A stretch of DNA of 35,307 nt from a virus, in the IMG/VR virus record IMGVR_UViG_3300020181_000009, positions 1-35,307 of that record. One strand, 5' to 3'. The translations under genes and the position numbers were made by a program. The notes beneath the pieces were generated by a model. The model worked only from the letters and a program-made list of their open reading frames with translations, made no database searches and had not been told where the DNA came from. Below, piece by piece: positions 15,306 to 23,981 of the stretch. Numbering within the stretch: the first letter of the stretch is position 1; the number at the start of each line of letters is the position of its first letter.

Positions 15306-16558
15306 GATTCGATCCTCTCGGTTTCCGTGCCGCTCGGCTCGGTCGGTACGCCCGGTGCGCCGGCCGGGCCGCCGACCGGTGCGGGGGTGGTGGCGTTGTC
15401 GATGCCGTCGACCTGCGGCATCTTCTCCTTTGCGCGCACCTCGCTCGGCAGCAGCCACGGCTTGCCGCCCGTGGCGACGTTGTACGCCCCGTAACGGGCT
15501 ACGGTGTCGCTGGCGAGCAGCGCATCGAGGTCGGGCTCGACGTACGTCCCCCGGGGGAACGCCTGCGAGATCGTCTCTTTGAACACGGCGAGATGATCGC
15601 CGAGCGTGAACTTGAGCAGGTTGATCGCGTCCTGCTCGATGTTCGAGTACGTGCGGCTCGAGGTCTGGCCGCCGAGCCACCCGACGGGTAGACCGAAGAT
15701 CAGCTCGAGCTCGGTCAGCGAGAACTTACGCGCCTCGATCAGCTGCGCCTCCTCGGGATTCCACGCGAGCGGCTCGAACGAGGTCGTTGCGTTGAGCACG
15801 GCGACCGTCCGGTTCCGCTGCGTCTCAATCCACTTGGTCTTCATGGCCTTGGCCTCTGCCTCGGTCAGATCGGCGTTGTCGCTCTTGAGCACGCCCGTCG
15901 GCACGCCTTTGACCGTGTGCGCGTCGGCCGAGAGCGTCATCGCGCCCCGCAGCGTGGACAGCTGCGTCTCGAGCACGCCGAGACCGCGCAGTTCACCCGG
16001 GGCGCACGGTCCCTTGATGTGCAGCACCTCGTCGGTCGTGAACGACATGTTCCCGATCAGGTACTCGATCGTGCCGAGCGGCAGCGGGTAGTTCCGCTCG
16101 TCGACTCGGCGAACCATCACGGTCGACGCCGGCACGGGCACGATCGCGGTCGGCCACCCGTAGCGGTCGCGAGCAGCGTAGACGCCGATCGCGTTGCCCT
16201 CCCACAGGTAATCGAGAGCGAGCGAGCGGAACGTCGAGAACCGCGGTTCGGGCGGGGCGGGCTGCTCGAGCAGGGGCGGGGTCGGGGTGATCAGCCGCGG
16301 GCTCGGGTCGCCGCCGTACGGGCGCCGGAACGCGTGCCACGGGGCGCCGGCCAGCAGCCCGGACAGCAGCAGGCTCGCCCGCCACGCGCCCGGAATCGTC
16401 ATGCCCGACTTGTAGGCGCTCGTCGGCCAGTCCGGGGCGATGTTGCCCGCCACCGAGAAGGTATCGATCAGCCCGTCGGTCGCGATGTCGTACACCTCGT
16501 ACCGCGTGCCGCCGCCAGCGTCGGGCACCGACCGGGTGAGCATCTTGCCGAGTCCCAT
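15302..16558 (-). CDS. Portal protein, HK97 family, 418 aa
   Basis: Position after TerL. Pattern WNPEEAQLIEARKFSLTELELIFGLPVGWLGG. Confidence 0.9.
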   Translation of the reverse strand: MGLGKMLTRSVPDAGGGTRYEVYDIATDGLIDTFSVAGNIAPDWPTSAYKSGMTIPGAWRASLLLSGLLAGAPWHAFRRPYGGDPSPRLITPTPPLLEQPAPPEPRFSTFRSLALDYLWEGNAIGVYAARDRYGWPTAIVPVPASTVMVRRVDERNYPLPLGTIEYLIGNMSFTTDEVLHIKGPCAPGELRGLGVLETQLSTLRGAMTLSADAHTVKGVPTGVLKSDNADLTEAEAKAMKTKWIETQRNRTVAVLNATTSFEPLAWNPEEAQLIEARKFSLTELELIFGLPVGWLGGQTSSRTYSNIEQDAINLLKFTLGDHLAVFKETISQAFPRGTYVEPDLDALLASDTVARYGAYNVATGGKPWLLPSEVRAKEKMPQVDGIDNATTPAPVGGPAGAPGVPTEPSGTETERIES

Positions 16559-16560
16559 GA

Positions 16561-16932
16561 TCAGACCTTCCCAGCTTCACGCAGCGCACCGAGCACGACC
16601 GCGGCGACACTCGCCGTGATCAGGGTAACGGCATACCCCGCGAGCAGGTACATGCCTGTCAGCGCGCCGAGCCCGCCGGCCGCCTGCACCGCGCTCGCCG
16701 TGAGGCGGTCGCGCAGCCGCGCCCGCGCCGGCCGGGTCGGCGCCTCGACGTCGATCGAGATCATGTTCACGCTCACGCCGAGGTAGTGCGAGAGCTCCTC
16801 GATCAGGATCGGCGCCGCGTTGGCCAGCTTGTCAGTCTTGACGACCGGAGCGTCCCGTGGCAGCGCCGGCACGCTGACGTGCCACATGCCTCGCCGCCGC
16901 TCGACCTTGGTCCGGTACCGAATCTCTTTCAT
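16561..16932 (-). CDS. Hypothetical protein with HicB/UPF0150-like N-terminus and C-terminal TM helices, 123 aa
   Basis: YRTKVERRRGMWHVSVPALPRDAPVVKTDKLANAAPILIEELSHYLG resembles the HicB-fold pattern. The C-terminus LGALTGMYLLAGYAVTLITASVAAVVLGAL is hydrophobic. Confidence 0.5.
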   Translation of the reverse strand: MKEIRYRTKVERRRGMWHVSVPALPRDAPVVKTDKLANAAPILIEELSHYLGVSVNMISIDVEAPTRPARARLRDRLTASAVQAAGGLGALTGMYLLAGYAVTLITASVAAVVLGALREAGKV

Positions 16933-16939
16933 ATCTCCC

Positions 16940-18598
16940 CTAGAAGACCTTGCTGCGAGGCTTGACGGGCTCGGTCACGGGCGGCTCGAGACCGCTCGCG
17001 AACACGGCCGCCGCCAGTGCGGGCGCCGAGTCGATCCGGCGCCGATTCTTCCCCTTCCGCAGTGTCCATCCTCGGTCACTGGATTGCGTCGCGGCGCTCG
17101 CGATCTGATCGGCGAAATCCGGCGCCCCGTCGTGAATCAGCTCACCCTGCACGATCAGCTTGTACAGCCGGGCGTACGCGACGATCATGTTCCGGCCCTG
17201 CTGCGGCATCCGGAACATCGGCACCGGGGGGTGCTCCTCATCGCCCTTCTCGAGCTGCGGCAGCGTCGGCCACCACGCCTCGTCGGCGGCGGCCCACACG
17301 AGCGCGTACGTGGACGCGATCAGCCTGATATACGCATCCGGGCCGTTCGGCCCGTCCTGATCGATCAGCTCGCCGTCGGGCAGCCAAATCTTGCTCGTCG
17401 CCTGATAGAGCGTGCCGAGCTTGCTGCGGTTGTTCGGCGCCGGCCGCTGCTGCAGTGTGACGACCGCGGCCGAGTCGCGCTTGAGCGCCATATCGGCGCC
17501 GAGCCACGTCGGCCACGACGGCTCGAACTCGATCGTCAGCCCGCGACGCTGCGCGCTGTTGGCGTCCCACGCGCCCGCCGGCAGCCACGACTCGTCACTC
17601 GGTACCCACTGATTCCAGTAGTACCGTTTCGCCCTGTTGAGCGGCATTCCCTTGAACTTGCCGAGCAGCTTGCGCACGTTGGCCACGCCGCGGGCGGCGA
17701 GCGGGTTGGCCTGCCTGATGCCCGTGATGATGTCGGCGTCATTGGTCGGGTCGAGACCGGTCTCGGCTTCCATGCACACGAACAGCTCGTTCTCGGCGAA
17801 GTCGCCGCGCTTGCCGCGGGCGACCTGCCGCCCGAACAGGCTCGTCATGTCGTTGCCCGCGGTCGATCCGAAGATCGTCAGGCCGTTCTCGCGCTTGCTC
17901 GTGCCGCCCCACGCGACATCGACCGCCTTCTCTTGATTCTCGGTCGTGAGCTCGTGCACCTCGTCGACGAGCAGCAGCGGCGACTTGCTGCCGTCCGCCC
18001 GCCGCGGGGTCGCCGGGATCCGTTTCGCGATCGCCTTACGGTCGTGCATGACGATCTCGCCCTTGCCCGCGGCGGCACGGCCTTTCATCGGCGCTTCCTC
18101 ATGCTCGAACGAGGCGCGCATCTCGTCGAGCACGAGGTCGGCCTGCTCGTACGAGCTGGCCATATTGAGCACGCCCGGGTTGCCCCGAGCCATGCCGCGG
18201 GGGTTGCCGTTCGGCGCCCACTCCCGGAATACCGCGCAGTCGCTGGCCAGCTCGATGCAGCCGAGCCACGCGAGCACCGGGCTCTTGCCGGACCCCTTGG
18301 CCAGCGTGATCAGCGCGAACTCGAACCGTCGCGAGCCGTCGTCGTTGAGCTCGGCCAGTTTCCAGAACAGCGCCTGCTGCTCGGGGGTCATGCGCGCCGG
18401 CCGCCCGTAGACGTCGCCCTCACCCATCACGCAGTGCTCGTGGACGAACCGGACCCACGTCGGGCCGAGCGTGCGGTTGCGCGCCGGCAGCGGCCCGTTG
18501 TTGCCGAACGTCAGCGCGGCCATGAATCGCGGGTCACACTGCTCGAGCAGCTGCTCGCGCGCCAGCGGGCGCATCATCGGTTCAGAAAGCTTGCGCAT
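16940..18598 (-). CDS. terL: Terminase large subunit (Terminase_1-like), 552 aa; alternative start ATG 18577
   Basis: Walker A LAKGSGKSPV and Walker B LLLVDEVHE. Size and position upstream of the portal gene. Confidence 0.9.
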   Translation of the reverse strand: MRKLSEPMMRPLAREQLLEQCDPRFMAALTFGNNGPLPARNRTLGPTWVRFVHEHCVMGEGDVYGRPARMTPEQQALFWKLAELNDDGSRRFEFALITLAKGSGKSPVLAWLGCIELASDCAVFREWAPNGNPRGMARGNPGVLNMASSYEQADLVLDEMRASFEHEEAPMKGRAAAGKGEIVMHDRKAIAKRIPATPRRADGSKSPLLLVDEVHELTTENQEKAVDVAWGGTSKRENGLTIFGSTAGNDMTSLFGRQVARGKRGDFAENELFVCMEAETGLDPTNDADIITGIRQANPLAARGVANVRKLLGKFKGMPLNRAKRYYWNQWVPSDESWLPAGAWDANSAQRRGLTIEFEPSWPTWLGADMALKRDSAAVVTLQQRPAPNNRSKLGTLYQATSKIWLPDGELIDQDGPNGPDAYIRLIASTYALVWAAADEAWWPTLPQLEKGDEEHPPVPMFRMPQQGRNMIVAYARLYKLIVQGELIHDGAPDFADQIASAATQSSDRGWTLRKGKNRRRIDSAPALAAAVFASGLEPPVTEPVKPRSKVF

Positions 18599-18741
18599 CG
18601 GGGGCAGCGGCGCCGGCCGCCCGGCGCCCCGACGATCCGGAACACGGGATATCCACAGACTGTGCGCGGCGACCGTGGAAGCCGATCGTGCACGAGCGCC
18701 GTCTTGCCGCGAGTCAGCACGAGGTCAGTCGTCGGCATCAT
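18574..18741 (-). CDS. Possible small Cys-containing protein, 55 aa, between TerS and TerL
   Basis: MMPTTDLVLTRGKTALVHDRLPRSPRTVCGYPVFRIVGAPGGRRRCPRCASFLNR. About three quarters of third codon positions are G/C. Its stop forms an ATGA overlap with ATG 18577 in the TerL frame. Confidence 0.35.
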   Translation of the reverse strand: MMPTTDLVLTRGKTALVHDRLPRSPRTVCGYPVFRIVGAPGGRRRCPRCASFLNR

Positions 18742-19192
18742 CGCGCACCGCCTCTCCTGCGCCCGCTGAGCGGCCCGCTGCGACGACAGCGGCACCGATG
18801 ACCAGTCTGCCCCGGGGTGTGATGCCGAGCGTCTGCTCGAGCTGCCTGATCTCCGCGGCGAAACCGAGCAGCACCCGGGCGAACTGCGGGTCGAACGGCA
18901 TGTCGACGTCGCCCTCCTCGAGCCACGCGAGCTGCCGCTCGAAAGCCGCGTCGAGCTGCCGCCCGCGGGCGTAGAGCACGAACAGGCGCGTCATCGGCTC
19001 GAGGTCGCTCACCGGGTCGAGAATCTGCGCGACGGGGGACGTCCATACCGCCTCCCAGCGATCCCGCAGGTCGCGGTCGACCTTCTCGAGGCGCGCCGGC
19101 AGCTCGGGCACGACGAGCGCACCCGATCCGTCGAGCGTGGTCGGCAGCGTGCGGTGCCCCGCGCGCTGCTCGACGTCTTTCGCGTGGCTCAC
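18725..19192 (-). CDS. terS: Terminase small subunit (P27-like), 155 aa
   Basis: GTG 19192 overlaps the upstream stop (GTGA). Position near TerL in an HNH-containing phage. Helical pattern WEAVWTSPVAQILDPVSDLEPMTRLFVLY. Confidence 0.6.
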   Translation of the reverse strand: MSHAKDVEQRAGHRTLPTTLDGSGALVVPELPARLEKVDRDLRDRWEAVWTSPVAQILDPVSDLEPMTRLFVLYARGRQLDAAFERQLAWLEEGDVDMPFDPQFARVLLGFAAEIRQLEQTLGITPRGRLVIGAAVVAAGRSAGAGEAVRDDADD

Positions 19193-19527
19193 GGTCGCGG
19201 CCGCCAATCCTCGGCGAGCGCGATGACCTCGGTAGGCGTGTCGCGCGTCTTGGCGAGCAGGTCGAGCGGCACGCGCAGGCGCTCCTCGACCTCGGCCTCG
19301 GGCTCGTCGAGCGCGTAGCAGCTCGACCCGGCCGGGCACGGGGCGTGCTCGAGCTCGACGCCCACGTACTCGAACTGACCCGCCACCGCGGCCCACGCGC
19401 GTGCGAGATCGGCGTACGCAGCGGCGCCGGCCGGGTCGCCGAGAGTGCGCAGTTTCTCGTCGGCGACCTCAGCAGCGCGCCACGCGTTGGCCGCCGCGGT
19501 CGCCTGCGTCATGCCCTCGTTGATCAT
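19189..19527 (-). CDS. Hypothetical protein, 112 aa
   Basis: ATG 19527 follows a GAGGGAGAGG Shine-Dalgarno sequence and forms an ATGA overlap with the upstream stop. Confidence 0.6.
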   Translation of the reverse strand: MINEGMTQATAAANAWRAAEVADEKLRTLGDPAGAAAYADLARAWAAVAGQFEYVGVELEHAPCPAGSSCYALDEPEAEVEERLRVPLDLLAKTRDTPTEVIALAEDWRPRP

Positions 19528-19703
19528 GACCTCTCCCTCGGTGTCAGAATCCTCTGCAGCTCGGCCGCCGCCAAGAGCGCCTCTTGACGCTTCCTGGCGC
19601 GTGCCGACCGCGCTGCCACGGGGCGGCGGCCGGGCGTCCAATGCTCACAGCCCTCGGCCGCAGGCACGAGCGCCCGGCACGCGCCGCACGGTCGGTGCGT
19701 CAC
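19524..19703 (-). CDS. Small Cys/His protein, 59 aa
   Basis: GTG 19703 overlaps the upstream stop (GTGA) and its stop overlaps ATG 19527 (ATGA). Contains CGAC...C.H. Confidence 0.5.
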   Translation of the reverse strand: MTHRPCGACRALVPAAEGCEHWTPGRRPVAARSARARKRQEALLAAAELQRILTPRERS

Positions 19704-20287
19704 AGCGAGACCTCGCACGATGCCGAGTGCTCGCCGTCGCTGCAGCTCGGCAGCTCGCTACAGGCCGCGGGGTCCGAGCCGCGCGAATCCCCCGACCACC
19801 CCGCGGCGAGCGCGCGGTCGCGCCACAGTTCACGCGATCGTTGCGCCAGCACGAGCGCACCGCGCAGCTTCCCGAGCTCGTACTCAGGCTCGTCGGGCGC
19901 CGGCACCGCGGGCACGCCGTGCCAGTCGTGGCCGCCCGCGTGCCCGCGCTCGAGCGCGCAGACGTACTCGCAGTCCATCACGCGATTGACTTCCGGGCAC
20001 TGGGCCGATTCCGCCCGCACCGGGGGCGCAGGTTTTTCGGAAGGGCGCGGATCCCTGGCCACCCCGTCATCCGTAAAAAAACGGACGATGCACGCAATGC
20101 AGTTCACATCGGACAGCACGAACGACACGCGCACGGTTTCGACGCGCTCGTACGTCTCGCACATCGGCAGCACATCGAGATCGTCTCGGCCTGCTGCGTA
20201 GTGGCGCACCATGAGCAGCTCGGCGACCTGCTGCTCGAGCTTGCGCACACGCTGCAGCAGAGCGGCACGCTCATTGGTCTCGGTCAT
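19700..20287 (-). CDS. Hypothetical Cys-rich protein, 195 aa
   Basis: ATG 20287 forms an ATGA overlap with the upstream stop. Confidence 0.6.
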   Translation of the reverse strand: MTETNERAALLQRVRKLEQQVAELLMVRHYAAGRDDLDVLPMCETYERVETVRVSFVLSDVNCIACIVRFFTDDGVARDPRPSEKPAPPVRAESAQCPEVNRVMDCEYVCALERGHAGGHDWHGVPAVPAPDEPEYELGKLRGALVLAQRSRELWRDRALAAGWSGDSRGSDPAACSELPSCSDGEHSASCEVSL

Positions 20288-20658
20288 GATGCGTACCCCT
20301 GCTCTACCAAGATCACAAAGTCGTGACGCAGGATGCGCCATACCTCGAGCTCGTCGGGTGCCGCGTCACGCAACACTGCTCGGCGCAGTTGCGCCTCACC
20401 CAGCGTGAACACGTAGGTGTCCATGTCCAGGGTCGGCTCGTCGTGCTCTACGTGCTCGGCATACGCCTGCGGCAGCGTGGCCTCGGGGCCGCAGTAGACG
20501 AACGTGCAGCGCCTGTCCCCGTCAGCGGTCAGGAACGAGACGATCGGGTCGACCTCGCGCACGGGCACCGCCTCGGCACCGTCGTGCAGCAGCAGGGTCA
20601 CCTGACCATGCATCCAATGCCGGATCCGGTGCGTTCCTGTGACCGCCGAGCGCCTCAT
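20284..20658 (-). CDS. Hypothetical protein, 124 aa
   Basis: ATG 20658 forms an ATGA overlap with the upstream stop. Confidence 0.6.
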   Translation of the reverse strand: MRRSAVTGTHRIRHWMHGQVTLLLHDGAEAVPVREVDPIVSFLTADGDRRCTFVYCGPEATLPQAYAEHVEHDEPTLDMDTYVFTLGEAQLRRAVLRDAAPDELEVWRILRHDFVILVEQGYAS

Positions 20659-20975
20659 CGCAGGCCTGCCTCTCGCGCCCACTGCACGGACGGGTCGCCC
20701 TCGGCGTACTGCCGCTCGCAACACGCCCCGCAGGCGAGGCGCTGGCCCGGCCGGCGCGTCACCGTGCCATCGGAGCGTCGCACGTAGGCCTGCGTCACGA
20801 GCCCGACGAGCTCACCCCGCTGCCAGTCGTGGCCACAGGTGCAGCACTCGCCCGCGTTGTGCGCGGCCCACAGCTTGGGCAACGTCATGCGCGAGAGGTC
20901 GGTCAGTCCGACGTACGGGCTCGGGTCGACCCGGCCCCGCAGATAGTTGAGCAGGTTGATCAGCGCGCGGATCAT
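20655..20975 (-). CDS. Hypothetical zinc-ribbon-like protein, 106 aa
   Basis: ATG 20975 forms an ATGA overlap with the upstream stop. Contains CCTCGH ... CGACC. Confidence 0.6.
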   Translation of the reverse strand: MIRALINLLNYLRGRVDPSPYVGLTDLSRMTLPKLWAAHNAGECCTCGHDWQRGELVGLVTQAYVRRSDGTVTRRPGQRLACGACCERQYAEGDPSVQWAREAGLR

Positions 20976-21178
20976 TCCGAGACCTCCCGGAAGCCGTACG
21001 GCGGGTTCTGCGGCACGCTGTGATCGACGATCAACCCGGCCCATGGGTCGAGCTCGATGTCGACCTCGGTCGAGTTGTGCGCGCCCCCGGTCGCGCCCAT
21101 GACGCTCGATCCGTCACGCCTTACGGCGACAACCTGCACGACCCTGCAGCCGTCCCAGATCCTGATGACCTTTTCCAT
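20972..21178 (-). CDS. Hypothetical protein, 68 aa
   Basis: Track ORF. A GAGGGAG Shine-Dalgarno sequence precedes the ATG. Confidence 0.6.
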   Translation of the reverse strand: MEKVIRIWDGCRVVQVVAVRRDGSSVMGATGGAHNSTEVDIELDPWAGLIVDHSVPQNPPYGFREVSE

Positions 21179-21190
21179 CGTGTGTCTCCC

Positions 21191-21589
21191 TCACACTGGT
21201 AGGCGGTCGATGATGCGCTGCGCGAGCAGCCGTACCGCGGGCTCGGGTGCGAGCCCGCTGTGCACCCACTGCTGCAGGGTGCGGTTCCCCTTGCTCGTGT
21301 TGCACCGCGCACACGCGGCGAGCGTGTTCTCTGGCGAGCTCGTGCCGCCCTTGCTGTGGGGCACGACATGATCCCCCGTGTTCGCCGGACCGCCGCAGTA
21401 GTCGCAGCGTCCCCCGCTCGCTGCGAGCGCCGCCCGACGCAGCATGGCCCACACGCGCGACGAGTACGTGCCGTTGACGACACTCGGCCGGCGCGGCCGG
21501 TAGCCACCCCGTTTCGGGTGCCGCGGGCAGTCGCCATCCGGAACGGGCTGCGAGCAGACCCCGCACGGCCGCAGCGGACGGTGCGTCAT
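21191..21589 (-). CDS. HNH endonuclease, 132 aa
   Basis: Contains GDHVVPHSKGG...NTLAACARCNTSKGN. ATG 21589 forms an ATGA overlap with the upstream stop. Confidence 0.85.
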   Translation of the reverse strand: MTHRPLRPCGVCSQPVPDGDCPRHPKRGGYRPRRPSVVNGTYSSRVWAMLRRAALAASGGRCDYCGGPANTGDHVVPHSKGGTSSPENTLAACARCNTSKGNRTLQQWVHSGLAPEPAVRLLAQRIIDRLPV

Positions 21590-21867
21590 CGGCGCGACTC
21601 GAGGTAGGCCTCGACGTCGGCCAAGTCCCACACGCGACCCGCCTTGATCGTGTCGAGCGGCTCGGGCAGGTCGCGCCACTGACAGACCGCGGGCGAGGAC
21701 ACCCCCGCGAGCGCGGCGATCTCGGCGATGCCGGCGAGACGCGGCCGGACGACCTGCGCGGTGCCGAGCAGGCCGGCGCGCGTGAGCAGCTCGTGAATCG
21801 CTCGAGCCTGCTCGGCGGTCGCCCCGTCGCCGAGAGCGTGCCGGATCCGGCCGATACCGACAGACAT
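21586..21867 (-). CDS. Helix-turn-helix DNA-binding protein (excisionase/MerR-like HTH_17 pattern), 93 aa
   Basis: Pattern AGIAEIAALAGVSSPAVCQWRDLPEPLDTIKAGRVWDLADVEAYL. A GGGAGGGA Shine-Dalgarno sequence and an A7 spacer precede ATG 21867. Confidence 0.65.
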   Translation of the reverse strand: MSVGIGRIRHALGDGATAEQARAIHELLTRAGLLGTAQVVRPRLAGIAEIAALAGVSSPAVCQWRDLPEPLDTIKAGRVWDLADVEAYLESRR

Positions 21868-21899
21868 TTTTTTCCGTCCCTCCCCCCGCTGACCTGCGA

Positions 21900-21928
21900 A
21901 TCTTAACAGCGCTAAGCCATCTCGGCAA
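21900..21928 (-). promoter_or_regulatory. Candidate promoter TTGCCG-N17-TAAGAT
   Basis: Minus-strand -35 at 21928..21923 and -10 at 21905..21900, upstream of the HTH gene. Confidence 0.3.
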
Positions 21929-22694
21929 TCAGCGAGGCCAGCTTGGTCACGCCGAGCTTGTGCGGCCGGTCGCCGTTGCGCCACCCGAGCGCCGCGTCGC
22001 TTTTCCACGTCGCGCCCGGCCGGCGCGCCCATGCAGCGAACGCGCGCAGATCGTCGCGGTGCATCACGAGCGCGCTCGTCTCGGTGCCATCGGCCGCGAC
22101 CCAATACCAGGGGTCGACGACCCACCCGGCCGCTGCTGCTTTCGACCCGAGACGCGTCGCGGCCGGCGCGATCTCGTCGAGCGAGACCGTGTACCGGGCG
22201 GGCACCTGCGGCACGACCGCCTCGGCGGCCAGTGCGACGCGCACCGCGAGCGGGAACGCGGCGACCGCGGGCTCGGGGTGCGCCGCCGCTGCGGGCAGGC
22301 CTGCCTCGGCCGCCCGCAGCACGGTGAGCGGGTCGGGCTCGACCGCGGGCTGCAGCGGCAACCGCGGCACGGGCCGGAACGGCTCGGCCGGCGCGGGCTC
22401 GCGGTACGACCCGCGGCGCAGCGTCGGGAGCGCACCCGATTCGGTCCGAGGCCTTCCGGGGCACACGAGGTCGGTGCGCACCGGTCGCCCGCTCACCGCG
22501 CTGCCGTGATCGGCGAACCATACGACCGGGCTCGGCGGCCACGTGGCCGGACCCGTCGCCGTGAACAGGCGCAGCGGGCTCGGGGGAGTGGTCGCCGGGC
22601 CGTGCTCGCTCGGCAGCTTGCCGCAGGCGCACAGCGGGCAGTCGCCCACTTGATCGTGATACTCGGGGCCGTAGCCGCACGCGGCGCAATGCAC
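21912..22694 (-). CDS. Hypothetical protein with N-terminal zinc ribbon and Pro-rich linker, 260 aa
   Basis: GTG 22694 lies 1 nt after the methyltransferase stop. Contains HCAACGYGPEYHDQVGDCPLCACG. Confidence 0.55.
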   Translation of the reverse strand: MHCAACGYGPEYHDQVGDCPLCACGKLPSEHGPATTPPSPLRLFTATGPATWPPSPVVWFADHGSAVSGRPVRTDLVCPGRPRTESGALPTLRRGSYREPAPAEPFRPVPRLPLQPAVEPDPLTVLRAAEAGLPAAAAHPEPAVAAFPLAVRVALAAEAVVPQVPARYTVSLDEIAPAATRLGSKAAAAGWVVDPWYWVAADGTETSALVMHRDDLRAFAAWARRPGATWKSDAALGWRNGDRPHKLGVTKLASLIAEMA

Positions 22695-22695
22695 G

Positions 22696-23616
22696 TCAGC
22701 CCCCGAGCCGCTGATACGCGAACCGCGCCTGATCCGGCACGACCCCGTTACCGGCGAGGCGCACGACATCCTGCCGCTGCAGGCCTCGGCCCGAGATGTG
22801 ACCCGCGGGCAGCATCATCAGCCACTCGGCGAACCGCCCCGAGAGGCGACCGTGCTCGTCGAGCGGCAGCGGGGCCGGCGCGCCCATGGTCGCCTCGTGG
22901 CGCCTGATCGCGCCCTCGTAGATGCCCCACGTGCCGGGAGCGAGCGTGCCCACGGCATCGTTGAGCGTCGGCCCGGTGCCCGTCCGGGCCGCCCGGTCGG
23001 GCTCTACGCCGCGCTTCTCGTCGCCCGCCCGCGGGGTCGGCAGCAGTCGCCCGAGCCGCAACGGGTAGCCGCACGCCATCCGGCGCACGTGCACCGCCTC
23101 GGGAGCGGGCCGGTTGACCACGCGGTCGGCCAGCAGGAACCACCGGTGCCTGTGATGGGCCGCGCCGACCTCGCAGGCGCCGTAGACGCCCCACCGAACC
23201 GCGAACCCGTCCTCGCGCAGGTTGCTCAGGATCTCGGCGTGCAGCCTGCCGCCCTCGATCGTCACGAGGTTGCCGACGTTCTCGAGGAACACCCGGAACG
23301 GCTCGGCGGCCCGGATCGCCGTACGCGCGTACGGCCACAGCCACCGCTTGTCGGCCTTACCGCGCTTGCGGCCCTGCACGCTGACGGGCTGACACGGCAC
23401 GCCTGCGGTCAGGATGTCGACCCGACTGAGCAGCTCGAACAGCCCCGGATCGGTCAGGTCGCCGAGATTCGGAGCGAGCGAGTTCAGCTCGAGCACGCGA
23501 GCGGCATCGGGCTCGTTCTCGACGTGCCACAACGGCGTATGCGCCACCCCCGCGAGGGTCAGCGCCATGCCGAGCCCGTCATACCCGCTGCACAGGTGCC
23601 CGCTCGTAATCGTCAC
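22696..23616 (-). CDS. DNA (cytosine-5) methyltransferase, 306 aa
   Basis: Motif I LCSGYDGLG, motif IV GVPCQPVS, motif VI FLENV, motif VIII RHRWF, motif X LAGNGVVP. Confidence 0.85.
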   Translation of the reverse strand: MTITSGHLCSGYDGLGMALTLAGVAHTPLWHVENEPDAARVLELNSLAPNLGDLTDPGLFELLSRVDILTAGVPCQPVSVQGRKRGKADKRWLWPYARTAIRAAEPFRVFLENVGNLVTIEGGRLHAEILSNLREDGFAVRWGVYGACEVGAAHHRHRWFLLADRVVNRPAPEAVHVRRMACGYPLRLGRLLPTPRAGDEKRGVEPDRAARTGTGPTLNDAVGTLAPGTWGIYEGAIRRHEATMGAPAPLPLDEHGRLSGRFAEWLMMLPAGHISGRGLQRQDVVRLAGNGVVPDQARFAYQRLGG

Positions 23617-23975
23617 GCTCGCACCATCGCTCGGGTGCGCCGCGCCTCGACCTCGGACGCGATCTCTTCCGCGGCGAGCGCCGGGTACGGCACGCCCCCG
23701 TCCGACTCGATCAGCCCGCGCTCGACGAGCGCCGCGATCGTCTCGGCCACGAGCACGCAGTTCCGGGCGTTGAGCTCACGCAGGTCGGCCATCGCTACCG
23801 GCCACTCAGCCATCGCGAGGATGACGAGCGACTCGGTCTCGGTCATACGCTCGATCTCGGTCAGTGCCTTCTCGGCGTCGGCCGCGGTCGGCAACGGGCC
23901 GACGACGCGGATCGTGCCGCGGTTGATCTCGTGTCCGTACTGCGTTTGCTCGATCCGGAGCTCGTTCGTCGTCAT
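23613..23975 (-). CDS. Hypothetical protein, possible winged-helix, 120 aa (leaderless start)
   Basis: ATG 23975 lies 6 nt after the -10 of box B. Confidence 0.6.
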   Translation of the reverse strand: MTTNELRIEQTQYGHEINRGTIRVVGPLPTAADAEKALTEIERMTETESLVILAMAEWPVAMADLRELNARNCVLVAETIAALVERGLIESDGGVPYPALAAEEIASEVEARRTRAMVRA

Positions 23976-23981
23976 GTCCCT

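Noticed and set aside
20075-20081. A7/T7 homopolymer (CGT TTT TTT ACG on the coding strand) as a programmed frameshift site in gene 19700..20287.
   Set aside because: The -1 frame terminates after about 33 codons of Arg/Pro-rich sequence, with no plausible extension. A hairpin reading, CCGT-A7-ACGG, is also trivial. It is more likely just codons for RFFT.
21586-21867. Using the excisionase-like HTH, plus the tRNA-like fragment, to call the phage temperate.
   Set aside because: No tyrosine or serine integrase, transposase, ParAB or CI-like repressor ORF is present anywhere in the closed genome. HTH_17-type proteins are also common transcription factors.
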